A stretch of DNA of 64,000 nt from an uncultured Chloroflexia bacterium (lineage in GTDB: Bacteria; Chloroflexota; Chloroflexia; QHBQ01; JAICKM01): the NCBI GenBank assembly GCA_963784695.1, contig CAWARZ010000002.1:1115513-1179512 (forward strand), in the 5' to 3' direction. The translations under genes were made by a program, and so were the position numbers. This document shows positions 49,511-59,195 of this stretch, in pieces; positions within the stretch are counted from its first letter, which is position 1; each line of letters starts with the position of its first letter. The notes beneath the pieces were generated by a model that searched no databases, was not told where the DNA came from, and saw nothing but the letters and a program-made list of their open reading frames with translations.

Positions 49511-52156
49511 ATGGCCGCCGATGCACAACCACTACCCGAAGCGCTGGACCCCGAACGCCCGGACCGCCACGGCGCCGGGCGCCTGGCGACCGCGCTAGCC
49601 TACAGCCTGCCGGCAGCTGTGCTGGCCGCCGCCGGGGCGGGCCTCTATCGCCGCCTGCACCGCTCCGTGCCGCCGATCCAGGGCACGCTGCCCTGCCCGG
49701 TCACGGCGCCCGTCCGGGTGGTCCGCGACCACTGGGGCATCCCGCACGTCTACGCCGAGAGCGCGGACGATCTCTTCACCGCCCAGGGCTACGTGCAGGC
49801 GCAGGACCGGCTCTGGCAGATGGATTTCCAGCGCCGCGTGGGCGCCGGCCGCCTCTCGGAGGTCATCGGCCCGCTCACCCTGGCGAACGACCTGCTGCTC
49901 CGGCGGCTGAGCCTGCAGCAAGCCGCGGCCGACGAGGCCGCCGCCCTGGGCGAGGAAGCCGCCGCCGCCGTCGCGGCGTATTGCCGCGGCGTGAACGCCT
50001 ATATCGCCTGGGCGCAGGCGAACCACGCCCTGCCGGCCGAGTTCGCCGTCCTGGCCTATGAGCCCGAGCCCTGGACGCCGACCGACGCGCTCGTCTGGAC
50101 CAAGGTGATGGCCTGGGCGCTGGGCGGCAACTGGGAGAGCGAGCTTGTGCGCGCCCGGCTGGTCAACCACCTGGGCGCGGCGCGCGCCGCGGCGCTGGAG
50201 CCGGCCTATCCGCCCGGGCAGCCGCTCACCGCGGAGCCGGGCGCCGCCTTCTCGGGCCTCGACCCGCTCTACGCGCAGCTCCTGAGCGAGTACGAGCAGC
50301 TGTTCAGTGTCACCGGCATGGCCGAGATGATGCAGAGCGCCGTGCCCGCCAGCAACAACTGGGTGGTCAGCGCGGATCGCTCGGCGACGGGCCACGCGCT
50401 ACTCGCCAACGATCCGCATCTTCCGCTGTTCATGCCCTCGATCTGGCACCTGATCCACCTGCACGGCGGCGGCTACGACGTGACGGGCGTCGGCTTCCCT
50501 GGCACGCCGGGCATCACGATCGGCCACAACCCCTACATCGCCTGGGGCATCACGAACGCCATGGTCGACGCGCAGGACCTCTACATCGAAAAGCTGCACC
50601 CCGAGGACCCGACGCTGGTGCTCCACGAGGGCCGCTGGGAGCAGGCCACCGTACGCACGGAAGAGATCCGCGTGCGCGGCCGGCCCCGCCCGGTGATGGA
50701 GCCGGTGCTGGTAACCCGCCACGGGCCGGTGATCAACGGCGCGTGGCACCCGGGCCGCCCCGAGCGCTGGCTGCACGCCGGAGAGCGGCTGCTCAACCTG
50801 CCGCAGCTGCGGCTGCTGCGGCGCGACCCCGAGCCCATGGGGGACGGCGGCACACTCGCGCTCGCGCTGCGTTGGACGGCCCACACGCCGGGCACCAGCC
50901 TGCAAGCGGTGCTCGACCTGAACCGCGCGCGGGACTGGGCGGGCTTCCGCCGCGCCATGCGCGGGTGGGAGGCGCCGGCCATCAACACCGTCTACGCCGA
51001 CGTGAACGGCAACATCGGCTCGCATCTGATCGGCAAGGTGCCGATCCGCCGCAAGAGCCAGGGCGTGCTGCCCGTGCCCGGCTGGACGGACGAATGCGAA
51101 TGGGAGGGCTTCATCCCCTTCGCCGAGCTACCGCACAGCTACAATCCCACGTCGGGCTATCTGGCCAGCGCCAACAACCGCATCGCCGGGCCGGCCTACC
51201 CCTACTTTCTGGGGCGCGAATGGTCGACCGGCTATCGGGCGCGGCGTATCGCCGACCTGCTGGAGAGCAAAGCGCGTCTCAGCCTCGACGACTTCGCCGC
51301 CATGCAGCGCGACGTCTACACGATCCCCGGGCACGCGCTCAGCCACCTGATCGTCGCGCGACTGGCCGGGCGGCCCGTGCCGCCCGGGCGGCGCGGCCGC
51401 ATGCGCCGCGAGGCCCTCGCCCTGCTCGCCGCCTGGGACGGCCAGATGACCCTGCAGAGTGCTGCCGCGTCGATCGCCGAGCTCGCGATGCACTTCCTGA
51501 CGCGGCGCGTCTACGGCCTGGCGTTCCAGGACGAGCGCCTGCTCGACCAGTACCTGGGCGGGCCGACCGAGACGGTCACCAACAGCACGAGCTACATCGC
51601 CCGCGCGGTGCCGCGCATGCTGCGGGCGCTGCGCGAGAACGACGTGGCCTGGCTGCGCAGCCTGGCGGTGGATCCCGCCGCCGTGGAGGGGCTAACCTGG
51701 GAGGATGTGCTGGCGGCGAGCCTCGACGATGCGGTCGCGCTCCTGCGCCGCCGGCTCGGGCCGCGCCTCGGCCGCTGGCAGTGGGGCCGTCTGCACCGGC
51801 TGACCGTGGCCCACCCCCTCGGCGCCCTGGGCCCGCTCGCGCGGATTTTCAACCCGCCCAGCGTGCGCGTGCCCGGCGACCGCGACACGATCTGCATGAG
51901 CTCGGAGCTCCCGAACAGTCCGCTGGCCGCCAGCGGCAACAGCGTCTCCTATCGCCAGTTGTTCGATTGCGGCGCCTGGGACACCGGGCGGGTGATCCTG
52001 GCGGGCGGCGAAGCCGGGCAGCCCGCCTCACCGCACTACGCCGACATGCTGCGTCTCTGGGCCGACGGTCGCTACGCCCCGCTGGCCTTCTCGCCCGCAG
52101 CGGTCGCGGCCAACACCGCCGCCGAGCTCACCCTGGTGCCGTCGGGCGGGGGCTAA
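49511..52156 (+). CDS. Penicillin-acylase-family Ntn hydrolase (penicillin amidase / AHL-acylase-like)
   Basis: RDHWGIPHVYA, QAQDRLWQMD, the SNNWVVS nucleophile-Ser junction and ANDPHL. 881 aa. Confidence 0.88.
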   Translation: MAADAQPLPEALDPERPDRHGAGRLATALAYSLPAAVLAAAGAGLYRRLHRSVPPIQGTLPCPVTAPVRVVRDHWGIPHVYAESADDLFTAQGYVQAQDRLWQMDFQRRVGAGRLSEVIGPLTLANDLLLRRLSLQQAAADEAAALGEEAAAAVAAYCRGVNAYIAWAQANHALPAEFAVLAYEPEPWTPTDALVWTKVMAWALGGNWESELVRARLVNHLGAARAAALEPAYPPGQPLTAEPGAAFSGLDPLYAQLLSEYEQLFSVTGMAEMMQSAVPASNNWVVSADRSATGHALLANDPHLPLFMPSIWHLIHLHGGGYDVTGVGFPGTPGITIGHNPYIAWGITNAMVDAQDLYIEKLHPEDPTLVLHEGRWEQATVRTEEIRVRGRPRPVMEPVLVTRHGPVINGAWHPGRPERWLHAGERLLNLPQLRLLRRDPEPMGDGGTLALALRWTAHTPGTSLQAVLDLNRARDWAGFRRAMRGWEAPAINTVYADVNGNIGSHLIGKVPIRRKSQGVLPVPGWTDECEWEGFIPFAELPHSYNPTSGYLASANNRIAGPAYPYFLGREWSTGYRARRIADLLESKARLSLDDFAAMQRDVYTIPGHALSHLIVARLAGRPVPPGRRGRMRREALALLAAWDGQMTLQSAAASIAELAMHFLTRRVYGLAFQDERLLDQYLGGPTETVTNSTSYIARAVPRMLRALRENDVAWLRSLAVDPAAVEGLTWEDVLAASLDDAVALLRRRLGPRLGRWQWGRLHRLTVAHPLGALGPLARIFNPPSVRVPGDRDTICMSSELPNSPLAASGNSVSYRQLFDCGAWDTGRVILAGGEAGQPASPHYADMLRLWADGRYAPLAFSPAAVAANTAAELTLVPSGGG

Positions 52157-53445
52157 GCCGCGTCGCGGACGCCGGGGCGGGCGAACACCAGGGCGACGTT
52201 CAGGCCGCCGAAGCCGAACGAGTTGCTGAGCACGTAGCGCGCGCGCCGCTCCAGGCCGGGCGCCGCGATGAACGGCAGGTCGCACTCCGGGTCGGGCGTA
52301 TCCACGTTGACGGCGGGCGGCAGCCAGCCGTGCTCGATGCAGAGCGCGCAGATAGCCGCCTCGATCGCGCCGCTGGCCCCCAGCGCGTGGCCGTGCATCC
52401 CCTTCGTGCCGCTGACCGGGATGGCGGGCAACGCGTCGCCGAAGACCGCCTGGATCGCGACCGCCTCGGCCCGGTCGCCGAGGGGCGTGCCCGAGCCGTG
52501 CGCGTTGATGTACTCGACGGCCGCCGGGGCGATGCCCGCGTCGTCCAGCGCCTCACGCATGACCCGGGCGGCCTCGGCGCCGCCGGGCAGGGGCGCCGTC
52601 ATGTGGTAGGCGTCCGTGGTCGTGGCGAAGCCGCAGATCTCGGCGTAGATGCGCGCGCCGCGCGCCAGGGCGTGGGCACGGTCCTCCAGCACCAGTACGG
52701 CCGCGCCCTCGCCCATGACGAAGCCGTTGCGCGTCCGGTCGAAGGGCCGGCTCGCGGTCTCCGGCGTGTCGTTGTAGGTCGAGAGGGCGCCGATAATGGC
52801 GAATGAGCCGAAGGTGAGGGGCGCCAGGGGCACCTCGACGCCGCCCGCCAGCATCAGCGGGGCGAGGCCGCGGCGGATCAGGTCGTAGGCCTGGCCGATC
52901 GCCAGCGCGCCCGAGGCGCAGGAGTTGGCGTTTGTCATATTGGGGCCGTGCAGGTCGAGCACCATGGCCACGTTGGCCGAGGCCGCGGCGCCGAACACGC
53001 TGAGCGCCAGGATGGGGCTCGCCGCGCGGATGCCCTGTGCGACGAAGCCGCTGTGCTGCTCCTCGGCGAAGGCCAGCCCGCCGAGCGCGCTGCCCAGGTA
53101 GACGCCCGCCCGCGCGCGCAGGGGCGCGTCGATCTCCAGCGCCGCGTCGGCCACCGCCTGCAGCGCGCCGGCCACCGCCATCTGCGAGTAGCGGTCCAGT
53201 CGCCGCAGCGTGCGTGCGTCGATGTGCGCGGCCGGGTCGAAATCGTCGACCTGGGCGGCCACCTGGGAGCGAAACGGCGCGGGGTCGAAGCGCGAGATGC
53301 GGCGCACGGCCGAGCGGGCGCGGCGCACGCCGCACCACAGCCCCTCGGCGCCGCTGCCGATGGGCGTGATAGCGCCGATGCCGGTGATCACGACGCGCCG
53401 CTCCGGCGGGGCGCCGGCCGGGGACCAGGGCTCGGGTGCCGGCAT
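52153..53445 (-). CDS. Beta-ketoacyl synthase (KAS II/FabF-like)
   Basis: VVITGIGAITPIG, active-site NSCASGALAIG, and His motifs NAHGSGTPLGD and GMHGHALGASG. Its stop overlaps the acylase stop (CTAA, convergent). Confidence 0.88.
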   Translation of the reverse strand: MPAPEPWSPAGAPPERRVVITGIGAITPIGSGAEGLWCGVRRARSAVRRISRFDPAPFRSQVAAQVDDFDPAAHIDARTLRRLDRYSQMAVAGALQAVADAALEIDAPLRARAGVYLGSALGGLAFAEEQHSGFVAQGIRAASPILALSVFGAAASANVAMVLDLHGPNMTNANSCASGALAIGQAYDLIRRGLAPLMLAGGVEVPLAPLTFGSFAIIGALSTYNDTPETASRPFDRTRNGFVMGEGAAVLVLEDRAHALARGARIYAEICGFATTTDAYHMTAPLPGGAEAARVMREALDDAGIAPAAVEYINAHGSGTPLGDRAEAVAIQAVFGDALPAIPVSGTKGMHGHALGASGAIEAAICALCIEHGWLPPAVNVDTPDPECDLPFIAAPGLERRARYVLSNSFGFGGLNVALVFARPGVRDAA

Positions 53446-53447
53446 AG

Positions 53448-53966
53448 CTAGGTCCTTTCTCGGGCGCGCATGCCCGCCTCGGCCGTGGCCTTGACACAGC
53501 CCAGCGTACGCCCCGCGATGCCGCCGACGAAGAACTCGCCGACGATGCGCGCGACCAGCCAGTCGGGCACCAGCGGCCAGGGCGGATCGAAGGCGTGGCG
53601 GATCTCGACATGCACCCCCGCCGGGTCGGGCGTCAACAGCCAGGCCACGTCCATGCCGCGAGTCACACCCCGGATGTGACGAAAGCGGATGCGCAAGGGG
53701 GACTCATCGGGGAAGAGCTCCTGGGTCGTCGTCCAGGTGACCGGGATGACGTCGCGCCGGGCGCCCATGACGGCGATCTTGAAGCCGCGCGCGGGCCCGC
53801 GACGCAGCACGCGCACGTAGCGGTAATGAGGCAGGAAGAGCGGCCACTGCTCGATCTCGGCCGCCAGCTTGAAAACCACCGCGGGATCGGCCCGGATGTG
53901 AATTGCGTTCGCCTGGTAGATGGCTCCCCTCCTCGCGTCGGCCCCCGGACACCGGTTATCCAGCAA
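53448..53966 (-). CDS. SRPBCC (START/polyketide-cyclase/dehydrase-like) protein, start uncertain
   Basis: C-terminal part of track ORF 53448..54413. IHIRADPAVVFKLAAEIEQWPLFLPHYRYVRVL...VTWTTTQELFPDESPLRIRFRHIRGVTRGMDVAWLL. Its stop is 2 nt before the KS start. The in-frame TTG at 53966 is the nearest conventional start, but GAGGAGGGGA sits right before an ATC at 53921. Confidence 0.6.
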   Translation of the reverse strand: MLDNRCPGADARRGAIYQANAIHIRADPAVVFKLAAEIEQWPLFLPHYRYVRVLRRGPARGFKIAVMGARRDVIPVTWTTTQELFPDESPLRIRFRHIRGVTRGMDVAWLLTPDPAGVHVEIRHAFDPPWPLVPDWLVARIVGEFFVGGIAGRTLGCVKATAEAGMRARERT

Positions 53967-54153
53967 ACGGCGGCGGCCGCGCGGTGGATGCGCCCGTCGC
54001 CCTGTGCCTGATTCAACGGGCGCTCTCGTCGTTTGGTACGAGTCGTGCCTTGACAAGCGCCGCGGGCATGCGCGACAATGGGAGTCGCCCGGACGTCGGT
54101 GCCCGGGCAGATCGCGGCGATCCGCGCCGGCCGCCGCGCCCGGAGGTGCAGTG

Positions 54154-55143
54154 ATGACGACGACAGTGGAACGCGCGGCCGCGGCCGTGGCCGCCTGGCC
54201 CCGCAACCCCGGCATGCCCCTCGACCTCGGGCCGGTGCGCGCCGCCCACGTCAACCGCAGCGCCGTCGAGCGCCGCGCCGCGACGCTGGGCACCCGGCGC
54301 ACGGTCAAGAAGGAGTGGCAGGCGGCCTGGCTGCTGCGCGCCATAAGCTGCATCGACCTGACCGCGCTGGCGGGCGACGATACGCCCGGCAGCGTGCGCC
54401 GCCTCTGCGCCAAGGCGCGCCGCCCCGTGCGCCAGGAGATCCTCGACGCCCTCGGCGCCGCCGATCTCGGCCTGACGGTGGCCGCGGTCTGCGTCTACCA
54501 CAACCTCGTACCCACGGCCGTCGAGGCGCTGGCCGGGTCCGGCATCCCGGTCGCCGCCGTCTCCACGGGCTTCCCCGCCGGGCAGACGCCCCTGCCGCTC
54601 AAGATCGAGGAGATCAAGCAGTCGGTGGCGGCGGGCGCGACCGAGATCGACATCGTGATCTCGCGTGCCCACGTGCTGACGGGCCACTGGGCGGCGCTCT
54701 ACGACGAGGTGGCCGCGTTCCGCGCGGCCTGCGGCCCTGCCCACATGAAGACGATCCTGGGCACGGGCGAGCTCAGCACGTTGCGCCAGGTGGCGCAAGC
54801 GAGCATCGTCTGCATGCAGGCGGGCGCCGATTTCATCAAGACCTCGACGGGCAAGGAGCCGGTAAACGCCACGCTGCCCGTCGGCCTGGTCATGGTGCGC
54901 GCAATCCGCGAGTATTACGAGCAGACAGGCGTGCGGGTCGGATTCAAGCCGGCGGGCGGCATCCGCACCGCGAAGGACGCACTCAACTGGCTGATCCTGA
55001 TGAAGGAGGAGCTGCCGGCCGAATGGCTGCGCCCGGCCCTCTTCCGCCTGGGCGCCAGCAGCTTGCTGGCCGACATCGAGCGCCAGTTGTCACATCACGT
55101 GACCGGCCACTATGCCGCCGCGCACCACAATCCGCTGGCGTAG
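54154..55143 (+). CDS. deoC: Deoxyribose-phosphate aldolase (long form)
   Basis: Track ORF 53920..55143 trimmed to ATG 54154. CIDLTAL, VCVYHN, STGFPAGQ, EIDIVI, FIKTSTGK (Schiff-base Lys) and GFKPAGGIR. Confidence 0.88.
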   Translation: MTTTVERAAAAVAAWPRNPGMPLDLGPVRAAHVNRSAVERRAATLGTRRTVKKEWQAAWLLRAISCIDLTALAGDDTPGSVRRLCAKARRPVRQEILDALGAADLGLTVAAVCVYHNLVPTAVEALAGSGIPVAAVSTGFPAGQTPLPLKIEEIKQSVAAGATEIDIVISRAHVLTGHWAALYDEVAAFRAACGPAHMKTILGTGELSTLRQVAQASIVCMQAGADFIKTSTGKEPVNATLPVGLVMVRAIREYYEQTGVRVGFKPAGGIRTAKDALNWLILMKEELPAEWLRPALFRLGASSLLADIERQLSHHVTGHYAAAHHNPLA

Positions 55144-55173
55144 GCGGAGCGAGTAAGGAGAGCGAGCCACAGC

Positions 55174-55392
55174 ATGGCAGACGACCCCACGGATGAATGG
55201 GCCGAGGAGCTCCTGGGAATCGAGGAGCTGTTGGGCGAGGCGTATGGCCGCATGCAGGCGCTGCAGGCCGAGATGAAGGCGGCCGGCCGCAAGAAAGACT
55301 GGCAGGCGCTCAGCGAGCCCATGGAGCGGCTGGCGCGCTACGGCCGCCTGTTCGGCGAGATGCGCGCCGACTGGGACCAGGGCGCCGAGTAA
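55174..55392 (+). CDS. Small helical hypothetical protein (72 aa)
   Basis: taaggag RBS region. GC3-rich, acidic, coiled-coil-like. Wedged between deoC and the aldehyde dehydrogenase. Confidence 0.45.
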   Translation: MADDPTDEWAEELLGIEELLGEAYGRMQALQAEMKAAGRKKDWQALSEPMERLARYGRLFGEMRADWDQGAE

Positions 55393-55411
55393 CCCCCGAA
55401 GGAGGCACGCC

Positions 55412-57856
55412 ATGACGGCGGTCGCCGAGATCTTTGAGACGATGGAGTACGGCCCCGCGCCCGAGTCGCGCGACCCGGCCCGTGCCTGGCTCGACGCCCA
55501 TGGTGGCGAGTTCCCGCTGTTCATCGACGGCGCATGGGTCGCCCCGCGGAGCGGGCAGTACCTGGAGACGCGCAGCCCGGCAACCAACGCCCCGCTCGCC
55601 CGCGTGGCCGCCGCCGGCCCGGCCGACGTCGACGCGGCCGTGGCCGCCGCGCGTGCGGCCTTCCCGGCCTGGAGCGGCCTGCCCGGCCACGCCCGCGCGC
55701 GCTACCTGTACGCCCTGGCCCGCCACATCCAGAAGCATTCCCGCCTGCTCGCCGTGCTCGAAGCGCTCGACAACGGCAAGTCGATCCGCGAGACGCGCGA
55801 CATCGACGTGCCGCTCGTCGCCCGCCACTTCTACTATCACGCCGGCTGGGCCCAGCTTATGGCCCGCGCGCTCCCGGACTACCGCCCGCTCGGCGTGGTC
55901 GGCCAGATCATCCCCTGGAACTTCCCGCTGCTCATGCTGGCCTGGAAGATCGCACCCGCCCTGGCGATGGGCAACGCCGTCGTGCTCAAGCCCGCGCGCT
56001 ACACGCCGCTGAGCGCCCTGGCCTTCGCCGAGATCCTGCAGGAGATCGGCCTGCCACCCGGCGTCGTCAACATCGTCACCGGCGAGGCGGCGCAGGCGGG
56101 TGAGGCCCTGGTCGCCCACCCCGACGTCGACAAAATCGCCTTCACCGGATCGACCGAGGTCGGTCGCGCCCTGCGCCGCGCTACGGCGGGCACCGGCAAG
56201 CGCCTCTCGCTCGAGCTCGGCGGCAAGTCGCCCTTCGTCGTCTTCGACGACGCGGATCTCGACAGCGCGGTCGAAGGCGTAGTCGACGCGATCTGGTTTA
56301 ACCAGGGGCAGGTCTGCTGCGCGGGGTCGCGCCTGCTGGTGCAAGAGGATATTGCCGAGGCGATGTACGCGCGCCTGCGGGCGCGCATGGAGAAGCTGCG
56401 CGTCGGCGACTCGCTCGACAAGGCGATCGACATCGGCGCCATCGTCGGCCCCGTGCAATTGCAGACGATTACGCAACTGGTCGAGCGGGGCGTGGCGGAA
56501 GGCGCGACGCTCTGGCAACCCTCCTGGGCCTGCCCGACAGACGGCTGCTACTTCCCGCCGAGCCTCTTCACCGGCGTGGCACCCGCGGCCGAGATCGCCC
56601 AGGTCGAGATCTTCGGCCCGGTGCTCGTCGCGCTGACGTTCCGCACGCCCGCCGAAGCGGTCGCCCTGGCGAACAACACGCGCTACGGCCTGGCCGCCAG
56701 CGTCTGGAGCGAAAACATCAACCTGGCGCTCGACGTGGCCCGGCAGATCAAGGCGGGCAGCGTCTGGGTCAACAGCACGAACCTGTTCGACGCGGCCTCC
56801 GGCTTCGGGGGCTATCGCGAGAGCGGCTTCGGCCGTGAGGGCGGCAAAGAGGGGCTGTACGAATACGTGCGCCCGGCCTGGGAGGCCGCGCCGGAGTCGG
56901 GCCCGCCGGAGGCGACGCCGGCCGCGGCACACGCCAATGGCCGGGGCAAGGCGGGGGCGGCCAAGGAACGCGCTGCGGCGACCACGTCGGTGCGCGCTCC
57001 CGGCTTGCCCGCCGTCGACCGCACGCCGAAGCTCTACATCGGGGGCAAGCAGGCCCGGCCCGACTCGGGCTACAGCCGCACGGTCTACGGCCCCGACGGC
57101 CAGGCCATCGGCGAGGTGGGCGACGGCAATCGCAAGGACATCCGCAACGCCGTCGAGGCCGCGCACAAGGCGGCCGGCTGGGCGAATGCCACCGGCCACA
57201 ACCGCGCGCAGATCCTCTACTACATCGCGGAGAACCTGGACGCGCGCGCCGCCGAGTTCGCCGCGCGGCTCGTGGCCCAGACGGGGCAGGACGCGACCGC
57301 GGCCGACGCCGAGGTCGCGGCATCCGTCGATCGCCTCTTCACCTACGCCGCCTGGGCCGACAAGTACGACGGCCAGGTGCACCACACGCCGCTGCGCAAC
57401 GTGACGATCGCCATGCCGGAGCCGATCGGCGTAATCGGCGTCGCGTGCCCCGACACGTGGCCGCTGCTGGCCTTCGTCTCGCTCGTGGCTCCGGCGGTCG
57501 CGATGGGCAACACGGTCGTTGCCATCCCGTCCGCCGCCCACCCGCTGAGCGCGACCGACTTTTACCAGGTGCTCGACACGTCCGACCTGCCCGGCGGCGT
57601 GCTCAACATCGTCACCGGCGCGCGCGACCCGCTGGCCCGGGTGCTGGCCGAGCACGACGACGTCGACGCGGTCTGGTACTTCGGCGACGCGGATGGCAGC
57701 CGCATGGTCGAACTCGCCAGCGCCGGCAACATGAAGCGCACCTGGGTCTCGTACGGCCGGGCCCGCGCCTGGGCCGACGCGGTCCAGGGCGCGGGCGAGG
57801 AGTTCCTGCGCGAGGCCACGCAGGTCAAGAACATCTGGGTGCCCTACGGGGCGTAG
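55412..57856 (+). CDS. Aldehyde dehydrogenase fused to a second, truncated ALDH-like domain
   Basis: Domain 1 is complete (FPLLMLAWKIAPALAMGN, LELGGKSP, QGQVCCAGSR catalytic Cys, GGYRESGFGREGG). After a Pro/Ala linker, a second ALDH N-terminal half follows (LYIGGKQARPDSG..., AVAMGNTVV, NIVTG). It lacks the ELGGK and Cys motifs. Confidence 0.85.
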   Translation: MTAVAEIFETMEYGPAPESRDPARAWLDAHGGEFPLFIDGAWVAPRSGQYLETRSPATNAPLARVAAAGPADVDAAVAAARAAFPAWSGLPGHARARYLYALARHIQKHSRLLAVLEALDNGKSIRETRDIDVPLVARHFYYHAGWAQLMARALPDYRPLGVVGQIIPWNFPLLMLAWKIAPALAMGNAVVLKPARYTPLSALAFAEILQEIGLPPGVVNIVTGEAAQAGEALVAHPDVDKIAFTGSTEVGRALRRATAGTGKRLSLELGGKSPFVVFDDADLDSAVEGVVDAIWFNQGQVCCAGSRLLVQEDIAEAMYARLRARMEKLRVGDSLDKAIDIGAIVGPVQLQTITQLVERGVAEGATLWQPSWACPTDGCYFPPSLFTGVAPAAEIAQVEIFGPVLVALTFRTPAEAVALANNTRYGLAASVWSENINLALDVARQIKAGSVWVNSTNLFDAASGFGGYRESGFGREGGKEGLYEYVRPAWEAAPESGPPEATPAAAHANGRGKAGAAKERAAATTSVRAPGLPAVDRTPKLYIGGKQARPDSGYSRTVYGPDGQAIGEVGDGNRKDIRNAVEAAHKAAGWANATGHNRAQILYYIAENLDARAAEFAARLVAQTGQDATAADAEVAASVDRLFTYAAWADKYDGQVHHTPLRNVTIAMPEPIGVIGVACPDTWPLLAFVSLVAPAVAMGNTVVAIPSAAHPLSATDFYQVLDTSDLPGGVLNIVTGARDPLARVLAEHDDVDAVWYFGDADGSRMVELASAGNMKRTWVSYGRARAWADAVQGAGEEFLREATQVKNIWVPYGA

Positions 57857-57942
57857 ACACGGTCGATGCGCGCGAAACGCCGAACGGCTCCCCGTCTGGG
57901 GAGCCGTTCGTTGGTGTGCAGGGCTTGCCGCCCGGCGCGGGT

Positions 57943-59115
57943 CTAGCCGATCGCGGCCGGGGAGGCGGGCGGGTTCGCGGTCGGCGTATTGCTGACGACT
58001 TTCACCTCGGCCGCCTGGCTGCCGACCTCGCTCGGCGTCGGGATGCGGCTGAACGGCGCGAAGTGGCAGGCTACCCAGTGCTCCGTAGGCCCACTGCCGC
58101 CGACGTTGCGCCACTCGGGAATCTGCTGCTTGCAGATGTCCTGGGCGAGCCAGCAGCGCGTGTGGAAGCGGCAGCCGCTCGGCGGGTTCAGCGGGCTGGG
58201 CACATCGCCCTTGAGCACGATGCGCTGGCGCTTGCTCCGCGGGTCGGGCATCGGGATGGCCGAGAGCAGCGCCTGGGTGTAGGGGTGTTGGGGGCTCTCG
58301 AAGAGCGCATCGCGGCTGGCCAGCTCGGCCATCTTGCCGAGATACATCACGCCGACGCGGTCGGAGACGTGCTCGACCACGCTCAAGTTGTGGGCAATGA
58401 ACAGGTAGGTCAGCCCGAAGTCGCGCTGCAGGTCCTTCAGGATGTTGAGCACCTGCGACTGGATCGACACGTCGAGCGCCGAGACGGGCTCGTCGCAGAC
58501 GATGAACTTGGGCTGCAGGGCGAGCGCGCGCGCGATGCCGATGCGCTGGCGCTGGCCGCCGGAGAACTCGTGCGGGTAGCGTCGCGCGTGCTCCGGATGC
58601 AGGCCGACGCGCCCGAGCACATCGCGCACCCGCTCATCGCGCTCCTCCTTGTTCATGCCGTGGATACGCAGGCCCTCCCCGACGCTCTCGCCGATCGGCA
58701 CGCGCGGATCCAGCGACGAGTAGGGATCCTGGAAGATGATCTGGATGTCGCGCCGCGCGCGCTTCAGCTGGGTGCTGTTCAGACCGAAGACATCTTGCCC
58801 TTCGAACACCACGTGGCCGCCGGTCGGCGCGAGCAGGCGGAGGATCGTGCGCCCGACCGTCGTCTTGCCGCAGCCCGATTCGCCCACGAGGCCCAGCGTC
58901 TCGCCCGGGCGGACGTAGAAGCTCACGTCGTCCACGGCCTTGACCTGGCCGACGACGCGTTGCAGGAGGCCGCCGCGCACCGGGAAGTACTTCTTCAGGT
59001 TCTGCACCTCGAGAAGTGGCCGGCCATTACCGGGAGCACCTGCGGGCGGCGCCGGGGCCGGGGCGGCGCTGCCCGGAGCTCCTACGGCCGTCGTCGAGGG
59101 ATCTTTGGTCGTCAT
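57943..59115 (-). CDS. Oligopeptide/dipeptide ABC transporter ATP-binding protein (OppF/DppF-like)
   Basis: Walker [10 protein letters not shown], signature [15 protein letters not shown], Walker [13 protein letters not shown], and the C-terminal oligopeptide-ABC Cys motif (GCRFHTRC). Confidence 0.9.
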   Translation of the reverse strand: MTTKDPSTTAVGAPGSAAPAPAPPAGAPGNGRPLLEVQNLKKYFPVRGGLLQRVVGQVKAVDDVSFYVRPGETLGLVGESGCGKTTVGRTILRLLAPTGGHVVFEGQDVFGLNSTQLKRARRDIQIIFQDPYSSLDPRVPIGESVGEGLRIHGMNKEERDERVRDVLGRVGLHPEHARRYPHEFSGGQRQRIGIARALALQPKFIVCDEPVSALDVSIQSQVLNILKDLQRDFGLTYLFIAHNLSVVEHVSDRVGVMYLGKMAELASRDALFESPQHPYTQALLSAIPMPDPRSKRQRIVLKGDVPSPLNPPSGCRFHTRCWLAQDICKQQIPEWRNVGGSGPTEHWVACHFAPFSRIPTPSEVGSQAAEVKVVSNTPTANPPASPAAIG

Positions 59116-59195
59116 ACCTACGCTAGCTCCTTCAGGTCAAACAGACAACAGCGCTCCAAACGGAGCCAGTCCCGCCCGGATGGGTCCGGAAGGGC

